Below, one piece after another: positions 9,062-17,186 of a DNA stretch of 64,000 nt. A program made the translations under genes and the position numbers. The notes under the pieces are model-generated. The model had not been told where the DNA came from and ran no database searches. It saw only the letters and a program-made list of their open reading frames with translations. The stretch's first letter is position 1; every line of letters begins with the position of its first letter. Origin of the DNA: Deltaproteobacteria bacterium (GTDB lineage Bacteria; Bdellovibrionota; UBA1018; UBA923); assembly GCA_016186905.1 (NCBI GenBank), contig JACPKS010000069.1, positions 1,766 through 65,765 of the forward strand. Reading direction: 5' to 3'.

Positions 9062-10419
9062 CTGGCAAGTTGACTCGCCGAAAAAAAAACGAAAGCGGCA
9101 TCGCGCTCTTCATGGTGATTTCGTCGCTGGCGCTCCTCTCGGTGGTCATCGCCGAGCTCACGTACACGACGCAAATCAACGCGCGAATGGCCTACAACAA
9201 CGTCGACAACCTGAAAGCCTTCTACCTCGCGAAAGCGGGGTTCAAGCTCTCGCTTCTGCGGCTTCGAGCCTTCGCGCAGGCGTCGAAATTCGCCAACGAC
9301 CCCGCCAACAAACAGGTGAAGCAGGCGCTCGGCAAAGACATCCTCGACAAGCTCTGGAATTTTCCGTTCATTTATCCCATTCCCGCGCTGCCCGACGCGA
9401 CCGAGGCCGACAAAGACGCGCTCAAAGCGTTCCAGAAAGAAAGCAAGCTCACGGGAAGCTTCACCGCCAACATCACGAGCGAGAGCGGCAAGCTCAACCT
9501 CAACAACCTGCTGATCAAGGAGATTCCGAAAGCGCCCGCGGGCCAGACGCAAAGTCAGCAAGGCGACAAGTCCTCGCGGGATTCGGGCGGTTCTCAACCG
9601 GGCTCGTCGCCGGGCTCTTCAGGTAGCGCGCAAGGCGGCGACCAGGTCGATTTCCGGCCGCTCATGGAGGACGCGATCAGCAACGCGCTCCAACGAAAAA
9701 AAGACGAGGACCACGAATTCTTCGACACCTATCGCAGCGTACAGGGCAAGGATATCGTGGACGCGATCGACTGCTACCTCTCCAAAGAGCCTGCGGGCTC
9801 GAACCTTCCGGGTTTCAAGCGGCCCGATCCCAAGGAAGCGCCGCTTTACAGCATGAGCGAGCTGCACCTGATCAACGGACTCGACGACAATCTCTACGAC
9901 GTCATCGAACCGCTGTTCACCGTTTATTCCACGCCGGGAATCAACGTCAATTCGGCGGGCAAGACGATGTTCAAGGCGCTTTTCCCCGATGCGAGCGATG
10001 AAGACATCGACGGCATTCTCCGCAAACGCGACGACCCGGACGTGGGCAAGCCGTGGGAATCGGAAGAGGAATTTTGGAAGTCCGTCTCGGACGTGGCCGC
10101 TGGCAAAAACATCGAGCAGCTCAAGGAGCGCCTTAAGAAGGCGAACGTCAAAATCGTGACGGATGAGCTGAGCTTCAAGGTCAGCGTGGTCGCCACGCAC
10201 GGGCTTTCCACGAAGCGACTCGAGGCCTATGTGATTCTCGACGCTCCGGAAAAGAAAAAACCCGGCACCGCCGGGACCGGCGCCACGCAAGGATCCGGAG
10301 GCCAAACACAGCAGGGGCAACAGAGCCAAACCGCGTCGGATTCCTCGGGCGCGCAGCAAGATAGCGCTTCAGCAAAGAAGCCAACGGGTTTAAACTTGAT
10401 CTACTGGCGGATTATTTGA
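9058..10419 (+). CDS. gspK: Minor pseudopilin GspK-like
   Basis: ATG 9058 overlaps the gspJ stop (ATGA). N-terminus KKNESG/IALFMVISSLALLSVV lacks Glu5, as in GspK. Large body with Ser/Gly/Gln-rich low-complexity stretches. The upstream part of ORF 8929-10419 overlaps gspJ. Confidence 0.7.
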   Translation: MTGKLTRRKKNESGIALFMVISSLALLSVVIAELTYTTQINARMAYNNVDNLKAFYLAKAGFKLSLLRLRAFAQASKFANDPANKQVKQALGKDILDKLWNFPFIYPIPALPDATEADKDALKAFQKESKLTGSFTANITSESGKLNLNNLLIKEIPKAPAGQTQSQQGDKSSRDSGGSQPGSSPGSSGSAQGGDQVDFRPLMEDAISNALQRKKDEDHEFFDTYRSVQGKDIVDAIDCYLSKEPAGSNLPGFKRPDPKEAPLYSMSELHLINGLDDNLYDVIEPLFTVYSTPGINVNSAGKTMFKALFPDASDEDIDGILRKRDDPDVGKPWESEEEFWKSVSDVAAGKNIEQLKERLKKANVKIVTDELSFKVSVVATHGLSTKRLEAYVILDAPEKKKPGTAGTGATQGSGGQTQQGQQSQTASDSSGAQQDSASAKKPTGLNLIYWRII

Positions 10420-10451
10420 CGGCGCCTGAGAGGATTGAAAGGTAAAGCTTC

Positions 10452-12212
10452 GTGCGGATACTGGCACTCGACATCGGGATGCACAACATCAAGGCGGTGG
10501 CCCTGGATGTCACGTTCGGGCGCATCGAGCTTGCCGATTATTTTGTTGAGGCCGTAACCGAGCCCGTGGCGGCAGCGCCACCCGCCGCCGCTCCGGAAGC
10601 CGAGAACGCCGCCGCCGATGACGCGGCTACGCCGTCGGGACCGGCCGCGCAGAAAAAAGACGAGCCACCCGCTCCCGCCCCCATCCTGTCAGCCGGGCAG
10701 ATTCAAGCCCTTCGCAAGTTGATGTCGTCGCAAAACCCGCGTTACGAACGTCTGGTCGTCAACATTCCTAAAGCGCGCGTGACGACGAGGCTCTTCAATT
10801 TTCCCACGAAGGACCGCAAGGTGATCCAGAGCTCGCTTCTTTTCGAGCTCGAAGACGACATTCCGTTTCCACTGGATGCGACGGTTCGCGACTTCGCGAT
10901 CGTGAAAACCGAGAGTTCGTCTTCGACCGTCTACACGGCCATCGCGCTCAAGGCTGACATCACCGCGCTCCTTTCGGAGCTGCAGATGCTGGGCCTCGAT
11001 CCGGATTCGATCACGATCGACCCATGGGCCTCATCGCATCTTCTCCGGCGCGCGATGCCTCAGGGCTTCGCGGAAAAGCCAGTATGCATGGCCAACATCG
11101 GCGCGACGAGCACGGGCATCCATGTCTGCGTGGGTTCGGAACCGGTCGTCTCGCACGTCTCGGCGTACGGCGGAAACCAGATCACCCAGGCCATCGCGAA
11201 CGCCTACGGCCTCACGATCGCTGAAGCCGAACGCGCGAAAATCGATGGCGCGTTCTTCATCACCGAAACGCACCTCAAAAACGACCCAGGCATCACCGAC
11301 GAACAGAAGCAGTTTTCGACGGTCCTCGAAGATGCCATCGCGCCGCTCGTGCGCGAGCTCAAACAAACGCTGATTGCCTACAAAAGCAACTACCACCATC
11401 CCGTCCGCGCGATTTTTCTTACGGGAGGCACGAGCCTGATCCCCAATCTCGCTCTTTACCTCGAGGAAAAACTTCAGGTGCCGGTGTTTCCCTACTCCTA
11501 CATTTCAAGCCTCGTCGGACAAACGCTCCAGCTCTCGGATACGACCGAGGCCCACATCTCGACAGCCGTGGGATTGGCGCTCACGATGGTCAAGCCCGAG
11601 CGCAACGCGATCATCAACTTTCGCAAGGACGAATTCTCAAAGCAAGGCGGCATTGGCGCGGTGAACCTCGGGGCCTACCGCAAGATCGCCGTATACGCCG
11701 CGGCGGCACTCGCCTTCATCTACGCCAATCTCATCGTGCAATACCTCGTGCTCTCGGCACGCTCGGAAAAACAGGAAGCGCACCTTGAACGCGCCGTAAA
11801 GCAGGTGTTGGGCGCGGTAAGCCCAAGCACGCTCTCGACTTACGTGAACAGCCCGAGCGCGCTCAAGGCAGCCGTCGAAAAAGAGCTCGCGAAATTCAAA
11901 ACCGACCAGCCGTTGGCGGTGAAACTGCCGCTTTCCGGTTTGGACCTGCTGGGCAAGGTGAGTTCCGCGATGCCGCGGGACATGGTGCTCGACGTGAACC
12001 TTTTTCAGTTCAAGGAAGGCCGTTTGCGCTTGACGGGCGTCGTGGAAGGATTGCCGAACGTGGATAAAATCCTGAAGGGCCTTGAGAATTCCAAGACCCT
12101 GACCGAGATCGCGAAAGGCAAAGTCGAGGAAGAGCCCAAGAAAAAAACGGTGAAATTCGAGTTCACCGCGAAAGTCGCGGAGGTCACGCCCGGTGCGGGA
12201 AAAGCTAAGTAA
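10452..12212 (+). CDS. gspL: GspL-like assembly protein with PilM/actin-like N-terminal domain
   Basis: GTG 10452. N-terminus MRILALDIGMHNIKAV is PilM/GspL-like. One TM segment (IAVYAAAALAFIYANLIVQYLVL) followed by a periplasmic domain. Ala/Pro-rich insert near the N-terminus. Confidence 0.65.
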   Translation: MRILALDIGMHNIKAVALDVTFGRIELADYFVEAVTEPVAAAPPAAAPEAENAAADDAATPSGPAAQKKDEPPAPAPILSAGQIQALRKLMSSQNPRYERLVVNIPKARVTTRLFNFPTKDRKVIQSSLLFELEDDIPFPLDATVRDFAIVKTESSSSTVYTAIALKADITALLSELQMLGLDPDSITIDPWASSHLLRRAMPQGFAEKPVCMANIGATSTGIHVCVGSEPVVSHVSAYGGNQITQAIANAYGLTIAEAERAKIDGAFFITETHLKNDPGITDEQKQFSTVLEDAIAPLVRELKQTLIAYKSNYHHPVRAIFLTGGTSLIPNLALYLEEKLQVPVFPYSYISSLVGQTLQLSDTTEAHISTAVGLALTMVKPERNAIINFRKDEFSKQGGIGAVNLGAYRKIAVYAAAALAFIYANLIVQYLVLSARSEKQEAHLERAVKQVLGAVSPSTLSTYVNSPSALKAAVEKELAKFKTDQPLAVKLPLSGLDLLGKVSSAMPRDMVLDVNLFQFKEGRLRLTGVVEGLPNVDKILKGLENSKTLTEIAKGKVEEEPKKKTVKFEFTAKVAEVTPGAGKAK

Positions 12213-12807
12213 GCTCAAAGTAAATCTTGGCGAGCTTTTGGAAAAAATCAAGGAATCCGAAGCGTACCATCAGGTAAAAGCCAAGTACGACGAACTTGAT
12301 TCCCAGACGAAGCTCTACATCAACCTGGGGATCATCGCCGCGATTCTTCTTGTCGTAGTGATCTCGGTCATCGGCGGCGTGGCGAAGGTTAGCGGGCTTG
12401 CGAGCGACATCAACCGGCGCGATGAACTGATCGGCTACCTGCAAATCTCCGCGGATCATCTCAAGCAACTCAAAGAGAAGCAGGAAGCCGCCCAAGGCAA
12501 CGCCGACGTGAGCTCCCCGCTTCCCACCTTCATCGAAAACGTGAGCACGAACACCGGCCTCAATCCCGAGAAGCTCGTACTGGGGCTTGAGAAGCCGGGG
12601 CAGGAAATGAAGGAAGCAAAGGAGGCTCTCATCGAGGTGAAACTCACGCAGATCAACCTGAAGCAACTCGCGCGTCTGCTCTTCAATTTGACCGACCAGG
12701 GCTCGGCGCGCAACCTCAACATCCGCGACCTGACCATCGACACGAAGGGCGACCCGACGGGATACCTCGACGCCGCTTTCATGGTCGCGACCTACAAGGC
12801 GAAATGA
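12193..12807 (+). CDS. Putative GspM-like bitopic membrane protein (assigned by position)
   Basis: 204 aa with a single TM (LGIIAAILLVVVISVIGGV). Overlaps the gspL end. Sits in the slot normally held by gspM. No family motif recognised by eye. Confidence 0.45.
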   Translation: MREKLSKLKVNLGELLEKIKESEAYHQVKAKYDELDSQTKLYINLGIIAAILLVVVISVIGGVAKVSGLASDINRRDELIGYLQISADHLKQLKEKQEAAQGNADVSSPLPTFIENVSTNTGLNPEKLVLGLEKPGQEMKEAKEALIEVKLTQINLKQLARLLFNLTDQGSARNLNIRDLTIDTKGDPTGYLDAAFMVATYKAK

Positions 12808-13787
12808 CCGATAACGAGACGCCTTCCGCATCCCTTTCGGAGTTTTCGCAGCTGGAAGGTGACCCGTTCGAGCGCCGCAACCCGGGGCCTGCCGAAAGAC
12901 CCCGCCGTCGCGCGTTCTTTCTCGCCGTGTTCGGGTTCGCGGTTTTCCTGGTTTTTCTCGTCATGAAACTTCCCGAGGCGCGCATCCGGAACCTGATCAT
13001 CGCCCATATCCGGATTTTCGCGCAGGAACAGGGGCTCTCGTTTTCGGCCGAGAAGGTGCGCATCGGCATTCTCATGGGCCCGACGGTGAAAATCCATGGT
13101 GCCGAGCTCAAGTCGGTCGACGACGAAAAACAGAATCTGAAAATCCCGTACGTCAGGATCCGCCCGCGCCTGTTCTCGCTGCTCACCTCGATGAAAACCG
13201 CGTCCATCCATGCCGAGCTGCTCGACGGAACGATTTCGGGGGCCGCGGGCGCGTCGCCCTCGGCGATCAAAACCGAGCTTGAGCTGCGAACGCTTAACCT
13301 GGGCCAGGCGGCACTTCTGCGGAAGTTTCTCGGATTGCAAGTCGAAGGAAAGATCAACGGAACCCTCAAAATTCTGTTCGACCATGTTTCACCCCAGAAA
13401 AGCGACGGCAAGATCCGGCTGTTCCTCGACGGCATCGCGGTTCCCGCGCAGGCATACATGGGCTTCAACCTCCCGCAGATCAACATCGTGAGCGCCCACG
13501 TTGACGCGGGTATCGCGGGCGGCAAGCTCGTCATCAACGAATTCAACGTAGGTAAAGACATCAAGGCCGAGGATCTCGTCGCGAAGGTCACCGGCGACGT
13601 TATTCTCGCTGGACTGATCGATCAGTCTCGCGTCAATATCAAGGCGGTTTTTGAGATCTCAAACCGCGTCATCACTGCCTTTCCGCTGCTGGACGCTCTC
13701 ATCGGGACCGCCAAAGGATCAGACGGAAAGTACACCTACCGGATTTCCGGTGTCCTTTCGGCCCTTGAGCCCTCACCCGGGGGATGA
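12804..13787 (+). CDS. Putative GspN-like membrane protein (assigned by position)
   Basis: 327 aa. ATGA overlap with the previous gene. One N-terminal TM (FFLAVFGFAVFLVFLVM). Last gene of the T2SS run. Confidence 0.4.
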   Translation: MTDNETPSASLSEFSQLEGDPFERRNPGPAERPRRRAFFLAVFGFAVFLVFLVMKLPEARIRNLIIAHIRIFAQEQGLSFSAEKVRIGILMGPTVKIHGAELKSVDDEKQNLKIPYVRIRPRLFSLLTSMKTASIHAELLDGTISGAAGASPSAIKTELELRTLNLGQAALLRKFLGLQVEGKINGTLKILFDHVSPQKSDGKIRLFLDGIAVPAQAYMGFNLPQINIVSAHVDAGIAGGKLVINEFNVGKDIKAEDLVAKVTGDVILAGLIDQSRVNIKAVFEISNRVITAFPLLDALIGTAKGSDGKYTYRISGVLSALEPSPGG

Positions 13788-13800
13788 TAAAAGCACCCTG

Positions 13801-14673
13801 ATGCTTCCCGTTTCGTGCCATTTTCCGTTTACGCCGGCAAGGCAGCGCGCGCTGCAGGAGTCGGATCGCGAGCTTCGCGCAGCTTTCGAACTTCTCACTT
13901 CAGGCACCGACTCGGGCTTGAGGGACGCGGTCCACTACTCCCTTTTCCGCATCAAAGACCGCTTCTGCATGAGTGCGGCGTGGCTCGTCTCGCAGGAGCT
14001 TGGCATTGCGTCGACACAGATCGGCCCGGCGCTTTGCGCGCTCGAGATGGTTCGTTGCGCGATCGGCACGCCGCATGTCACGCGACCCACACGCGGCAGC
14101 GTGGGCCTGAGCCGGAATTTTATCGATCCGCGCTTAACCCTTGAAGCCGCGGTTTGCCTGATCGCAATGGCGTCGGATCTCGTGCTCTCGCGGAAACACA
14201 ATCCAGAAATGACGGATTCCGAGCGCGCGCGTCTGGCGGGGCTTCTGGGCTCAACACTTTCGCCGCTTCAGGCCTATTCCAAAATCCACGCTGAAACGCG
14301 CTTAAAGGGACGTCGAGAAGGGTTTTCCGCCGCGACCGACTGCCCGTTTTTTGAGACTGCGGGAATCATCCTCGACACCGCAGCCGCCTCGCGCGCGCCG
14401 GAGGCCTGCGCCGGAGAGCGAATGCGCGGTTTCTTTCGCAAGCTCGGCAGGCTCAGCTGCCTGACCGCGGAGTTCCGTCCCGAGGAGACCGGAAACGAGG
14501 ATCTTGCCGCTTTGACGGATTCTTCGCAGGATCTTCCGTGGCATCAGGTCATGGACCTCGTCAAAACACTTGAAGCCGAGATTCTCGACGACTCGGCGAA
14601 ATTCGGCATCCGCGCGTCGACCATCGAAATCGTAACGCCGCTCACCTCGCTTTTCGAAACCCAGATCCAGTAG
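13801..14673 (+). CDS. Hypothetical protein (weak resemblance to a polyprenyl-synthase fold lacking the Asp-rich motifs)
   Basis: ATG 13801, in frame of ORF 13651-14673, whose 5' part overlaps the previous gene. Segment AVHYSLFRIKDRF...ALCALEMVRCAIG loosely recalls the region before the first DDxxD of trans-prenyl synthases, but no DDxxD is present. The resemblance is by eye only. Confidence 0.4.
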   Translation: MLPVSCHFPFTPARQRALQESDRELRAAFELLTSGTDSGLRDAVHYSLFRIKDRFCMSAAWLVSQELGIASTQIGPALCALEMVRCAIGTPHVTRPTRGSVGLSRNFIDPRLTLEAAVCLIAMASDLVLSRKHNPEMTDSERARLAGLLGSTLSPLQAYSKIHAETRLKGRREGFSAATDCPFFETAGIILDTAAASRAPEACAGERMRGFFRKLGRLSCLTAEFRPEETGNEDLAALTDSSQDLPWHQVMDLVKTLEAEILDDSAKFGIRASTIEIVTPLTSLFETQIQ

Positions 14674-14692
14674 GCCGGAAGTAAATCGAGCA

Positions 14693-15664
14693 ATGACTAA
14701 ATCCATCCTTTTCATCGCCGATCCCTGGAACTGCCTCGACCACGCCCGCGACTCCTCGCTGCATCTGGCCCGCGTCGCGATCCAAGACTTCGGGTTGCGC
14801 TGCTACTGGACGACGCCAGCCGCCATTTTTTTCGATCATGGAGAGCTGTTCGCACGCCTCGAAGGAGAGCTGCACGCGCCGGATACCGGCGTGCTTTCGC
14901 CGAAACAGATGCTCGATCCACGCGAAGAAGTTCTTCCGTTTTCAGACTTTCATTCCGTCCACTGGCGCAAGGATCCGCCCGTGGACCTGCTGCAAACTCG
15001 CCTCTGGTCGCTCGCGGCTTCGACCGAAGCGGCCGAAAAGTTCGTCAATCCTCTGCGCGCGCTTCTCGCCTGGAACGAGAAGTTCGCGCCGCATCTTTTC
15101 GGGCCATGGGCGATCCCGACTTTCGTTTCAGACTCCGAAAACGAATGGCGGCGCTACCTGAGCGAGCATTCCGGAAGAAAGATCATCGTCAAGCCCGTCG
15201 CCAACGCCGCGAGCCGCGGGGTGAGCGTTCTGCCTGGCACGTGGGCTGAGGCTTGCAACATCTTGCGCGAACTGCGCGAGGCGCACGGACCGTGGATCGT
15301 GTTTCAGGAATTCGACGACTCGGTCCGCGTTCAAGGAGAGGCGCGCGCTTTTTTTCTGAGCGGCCAGATTCGCGCGGCACTTCGCAAGACCCCGCACCCT
15401 GACCGGCCAATCATGAGTTTAGACACCGAAGAAAATTTTCGCCCGCGCCTTGAGCTCTGTACTCTCGACGGAGAACAACAGCTTCGCGCCGCTGCGATCG
15501 CCCGCGCACTCACCGAAAGCGGCGTTCACATCGCAACGATTGATTTCATCGGCCCGCGCATCCTCGAAATCAATGTGACGAGCCCGGGGCTTCTTTCGTG
15601 GATCGATGCGCAGGAGCCTTCACCCCAGCTCGCAAAGCATTATTGGGAAGCGATCCTGAAGTAA
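14693..15664 (+). CDS. gshB: Glutathione synthetase-like ATP-grasp enzyme
   Basis: 323 aa. Colinear by eye with E. coli GshB landmarks: N-terminal DP...DSS, WRKDPP, NEKF, IVKP, EINVTSP. Confidence 0.7.
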   Translation: MTKSILFIADPWNCLDHARDSSLHLARVAIQDFGLRCYWTTPAAIFFDHGELFARLEGELHAPDTGVLSPKQMLDPREEVLPFSDFHSVHWRKDPPVDLLQTRLWSLAASTEAAEKFVNPLRALLAWNEKFAPHLFGPWAIPTFVSDSENEWRRYLSEHSGRKIIVKPVANAASRGVSVLPGTWAEACNILRELREAHGPWIVFQEFDDSVRVQGEARAFFLSGQIRAALRKTPHPDRPIMSLDTEENFRPRLELCTLDGEQQLRAAAIARALTESGVHIATIDFIGPRILEINVTSPGLLSWIDAQEPSPQLAKHYWEAILK

Positions 15665-15853
15665 AATCCCCGTATTCCGAAAATGAATCCGAAACTGAAA
15701 ACCGAACGCCTCTGCCACATGAGCCCAGGCAAGACAGAGGGCGGGTTGACGCCGCGATACGTACGTCTAGCAATCGGCATAAACCACCTAGTCGTCTCAC
15801 ATTGCAATGCGGTGAATATCGTTTCCACCATGTAAATTTGCTAATATTTACCA

Positions 15854-16096
15854 GTGCCAACGATTCTCACGGAAAACGGCTATCGCCTCTTTTTCTACGC
15901 GAACGAGCGAACCGAGCCTCCGCACGTACACGTGGATTATCAGGGTGCACGCGCAAAATTCTGGATTCAGCCAGTTTGTCTTGCTCGAAACCTTGGCATG
16001 ACCGCCGCACAATTAAGCAAGGCGGAAGACTTGGTTCTTAAACACGAAAAATTGATTAGGGAGAAATGGGATGAGTTCTTTAGCAAGAAAAGTTAG
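15854..16096 (+). CDS. DUF4160 domain protein
   Basis: 80 aa, GTG start. MPTILTENGYRLFFYANERTEPPHVHV is the characteristic DUF4160 N-terminus. Lower GC than the flanks. Confidence 0.75.
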   Translation: MPTILTENGYRLFFYANERTEPPHVHVDYQGARAKFWIQPVCLARNLGMTAAQLSKAEDLVLKHEKLIREKWDEFFSKKS

Positions 16097-16337
16097 CCAA
16101 GATGCCGAACCGATAGCAGTAAAGGTTATGTTCACTGACGAGTTGCTTTGTCTCCATCTCGCCGACGGCCGAGAGATTCGCGTTCCACTCGCGTTTTATC
16201 CACGCCTGAGAAAAGCTACCAAGGCACAAAGAGAAAACTACCAGATCGCTGGAATGGGGACTGGTATTCATTGGCCCGACGTGGACGAAGATTTGTCAGT
16301 TGAAGGAATCGTTGCGGGACGCCCTGCTGTGATTTGA
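16071..16337 (+). CDS. DUF2442 domain protein
   Basis: 88 aa. Overlaps the DUF4160 gene by 26 nt. LHLADGREIRVPLAFYPRL...GIHWPDVDEDLSVEGI matches the DUF2442 pattern. Confidence 0.75.
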   Translation: MSSLARKVSQDAEPIAVKVMFTDELLCLHLADGREIRVPLAFYPRLRKATKAQRENYQIAGMGTGIHWPDVDEDLSVEGIVAGRPAVI

Positions 16338-16378
16338 AAAAGTAGCGTTCAAAAATCAAACAGAACTCGGGATTTTTT

Positions 16379-16762
16379 TTATTGATCGAGTCTGCAAAGC
16401 CGAACTAATTCGGCCGCCTCGCGCCTAGCGCGATCGAGAAGATTCATCTTCTCGGGCGTCATCGCGAACTTGGGCTTTCGCGCTTCGGCCATCTCGCCGT
16501 GCCGGCGCATTTCGGAGAGACGCTTTTTCGCGCCCTCGATCGAGAAACGCTGAACGTGCAGGAGATGTTTCACGAGCAGCGTGTTCTCGACGTCAAGACG
16601 AGAGTACATGCGCTGCTGGTTGCCGCCCTTGCCGGGAGCGAGAAACGGAAATTCAGTTTCCCAGAAGCGCAACACATAGGGTTTAACACCCGCGATACGC
16701 GCGACTTCGCCGATTCGGAAGAACATCCGGTCGGGAATCTTCACAGGCTTTTCCAATTCCAT
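16379..16762 (-). CDS. MerR-family transcriptional regulator
   Basis: 127 aa. HTH FRIGEVARIAGVKPYVLRFWETEF. Lies downstream of ihfA, a recurring pheST-ihfA-merR arrangement. Confidence 0.85.
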   Translation of the reverse strand: MELEKPVKIPDRMFFRIGEVARIAGVKPYVLRFWETEFPFLAPGKGGNQQRMYSRLDVENTLLVKHLLHVQRFSIEGAKKRLSEMRRHGEMAEARKPKFAMTPEKMNLLDRARREAAELVRLCRLDQ

Positions 16763-16777
16763 GGATCTGCCCCTTCC

Positions 16778-17077
16778 TTAAGTCTTGTTGCCGCCGCCGG
16801 TGGCCGAGTTGACCTCGGAACGCAAAACCTGCGATGGCTTGAACGTCAGCACACGGCGCTGCGTGATCTTGATCGCCTCGCCGGTCTGGGGATTGCGGCC
16901 CGTGCGCGGTTTCTTGTCGCGCACGACAAAATTCCCAAACCCGCTGATCTTGATTTTTTCGCCGCGCGAGAGAGTGTCTTTGATCAAATTGAAAACCATC
17001 TCGACCAAATCCGCGGCTTCTTTCTTTGAAAAGCCAACTTTCTCGTAAAGCGCCTCAATGATGTCTGCTTTGGTCAT
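16778..17077 (-). CDS. ihfA: Integration host factor subunit alpha
   Basis: MTKADIIEALYEKVGFSKKEAADLVE...GFGNFVVRDKKPRTGRNPQTGEAI. ATG at 17077 has GGAGG 6 nt upstream. Confidence 0.9.
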   Translation of the reverse strand: MTKADIIEALYEKVGFSKKEAADLVEMVFNLIKDTLSRGEKIKISGFGNFVVRDKKPRTGRNPQTGEAIKITQRRVLTFKPSQVLRSEVNSATGGGNKT

Positions 17078-17186
17078 TGTCGACCTCCATGTCCCCGAGT
17101 TCATGACTCTTTAAATGATACCGACAACCCCCTGAATCGCAAAAGCTTTTTTGTCGCGCACAGCATGCTCGCCAAAAAGCAGGAGG

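Noticed and set aside
15700-15853. Possible sigma70-type promoter for the DUF4160 gene (TTGACG...TAGCAAT, or TAATAT near 15842).
   Set aside because: Spacing and hexamer matches are weak and ambiguous by eye. A call is not supportable without a scoring model or transcript data.
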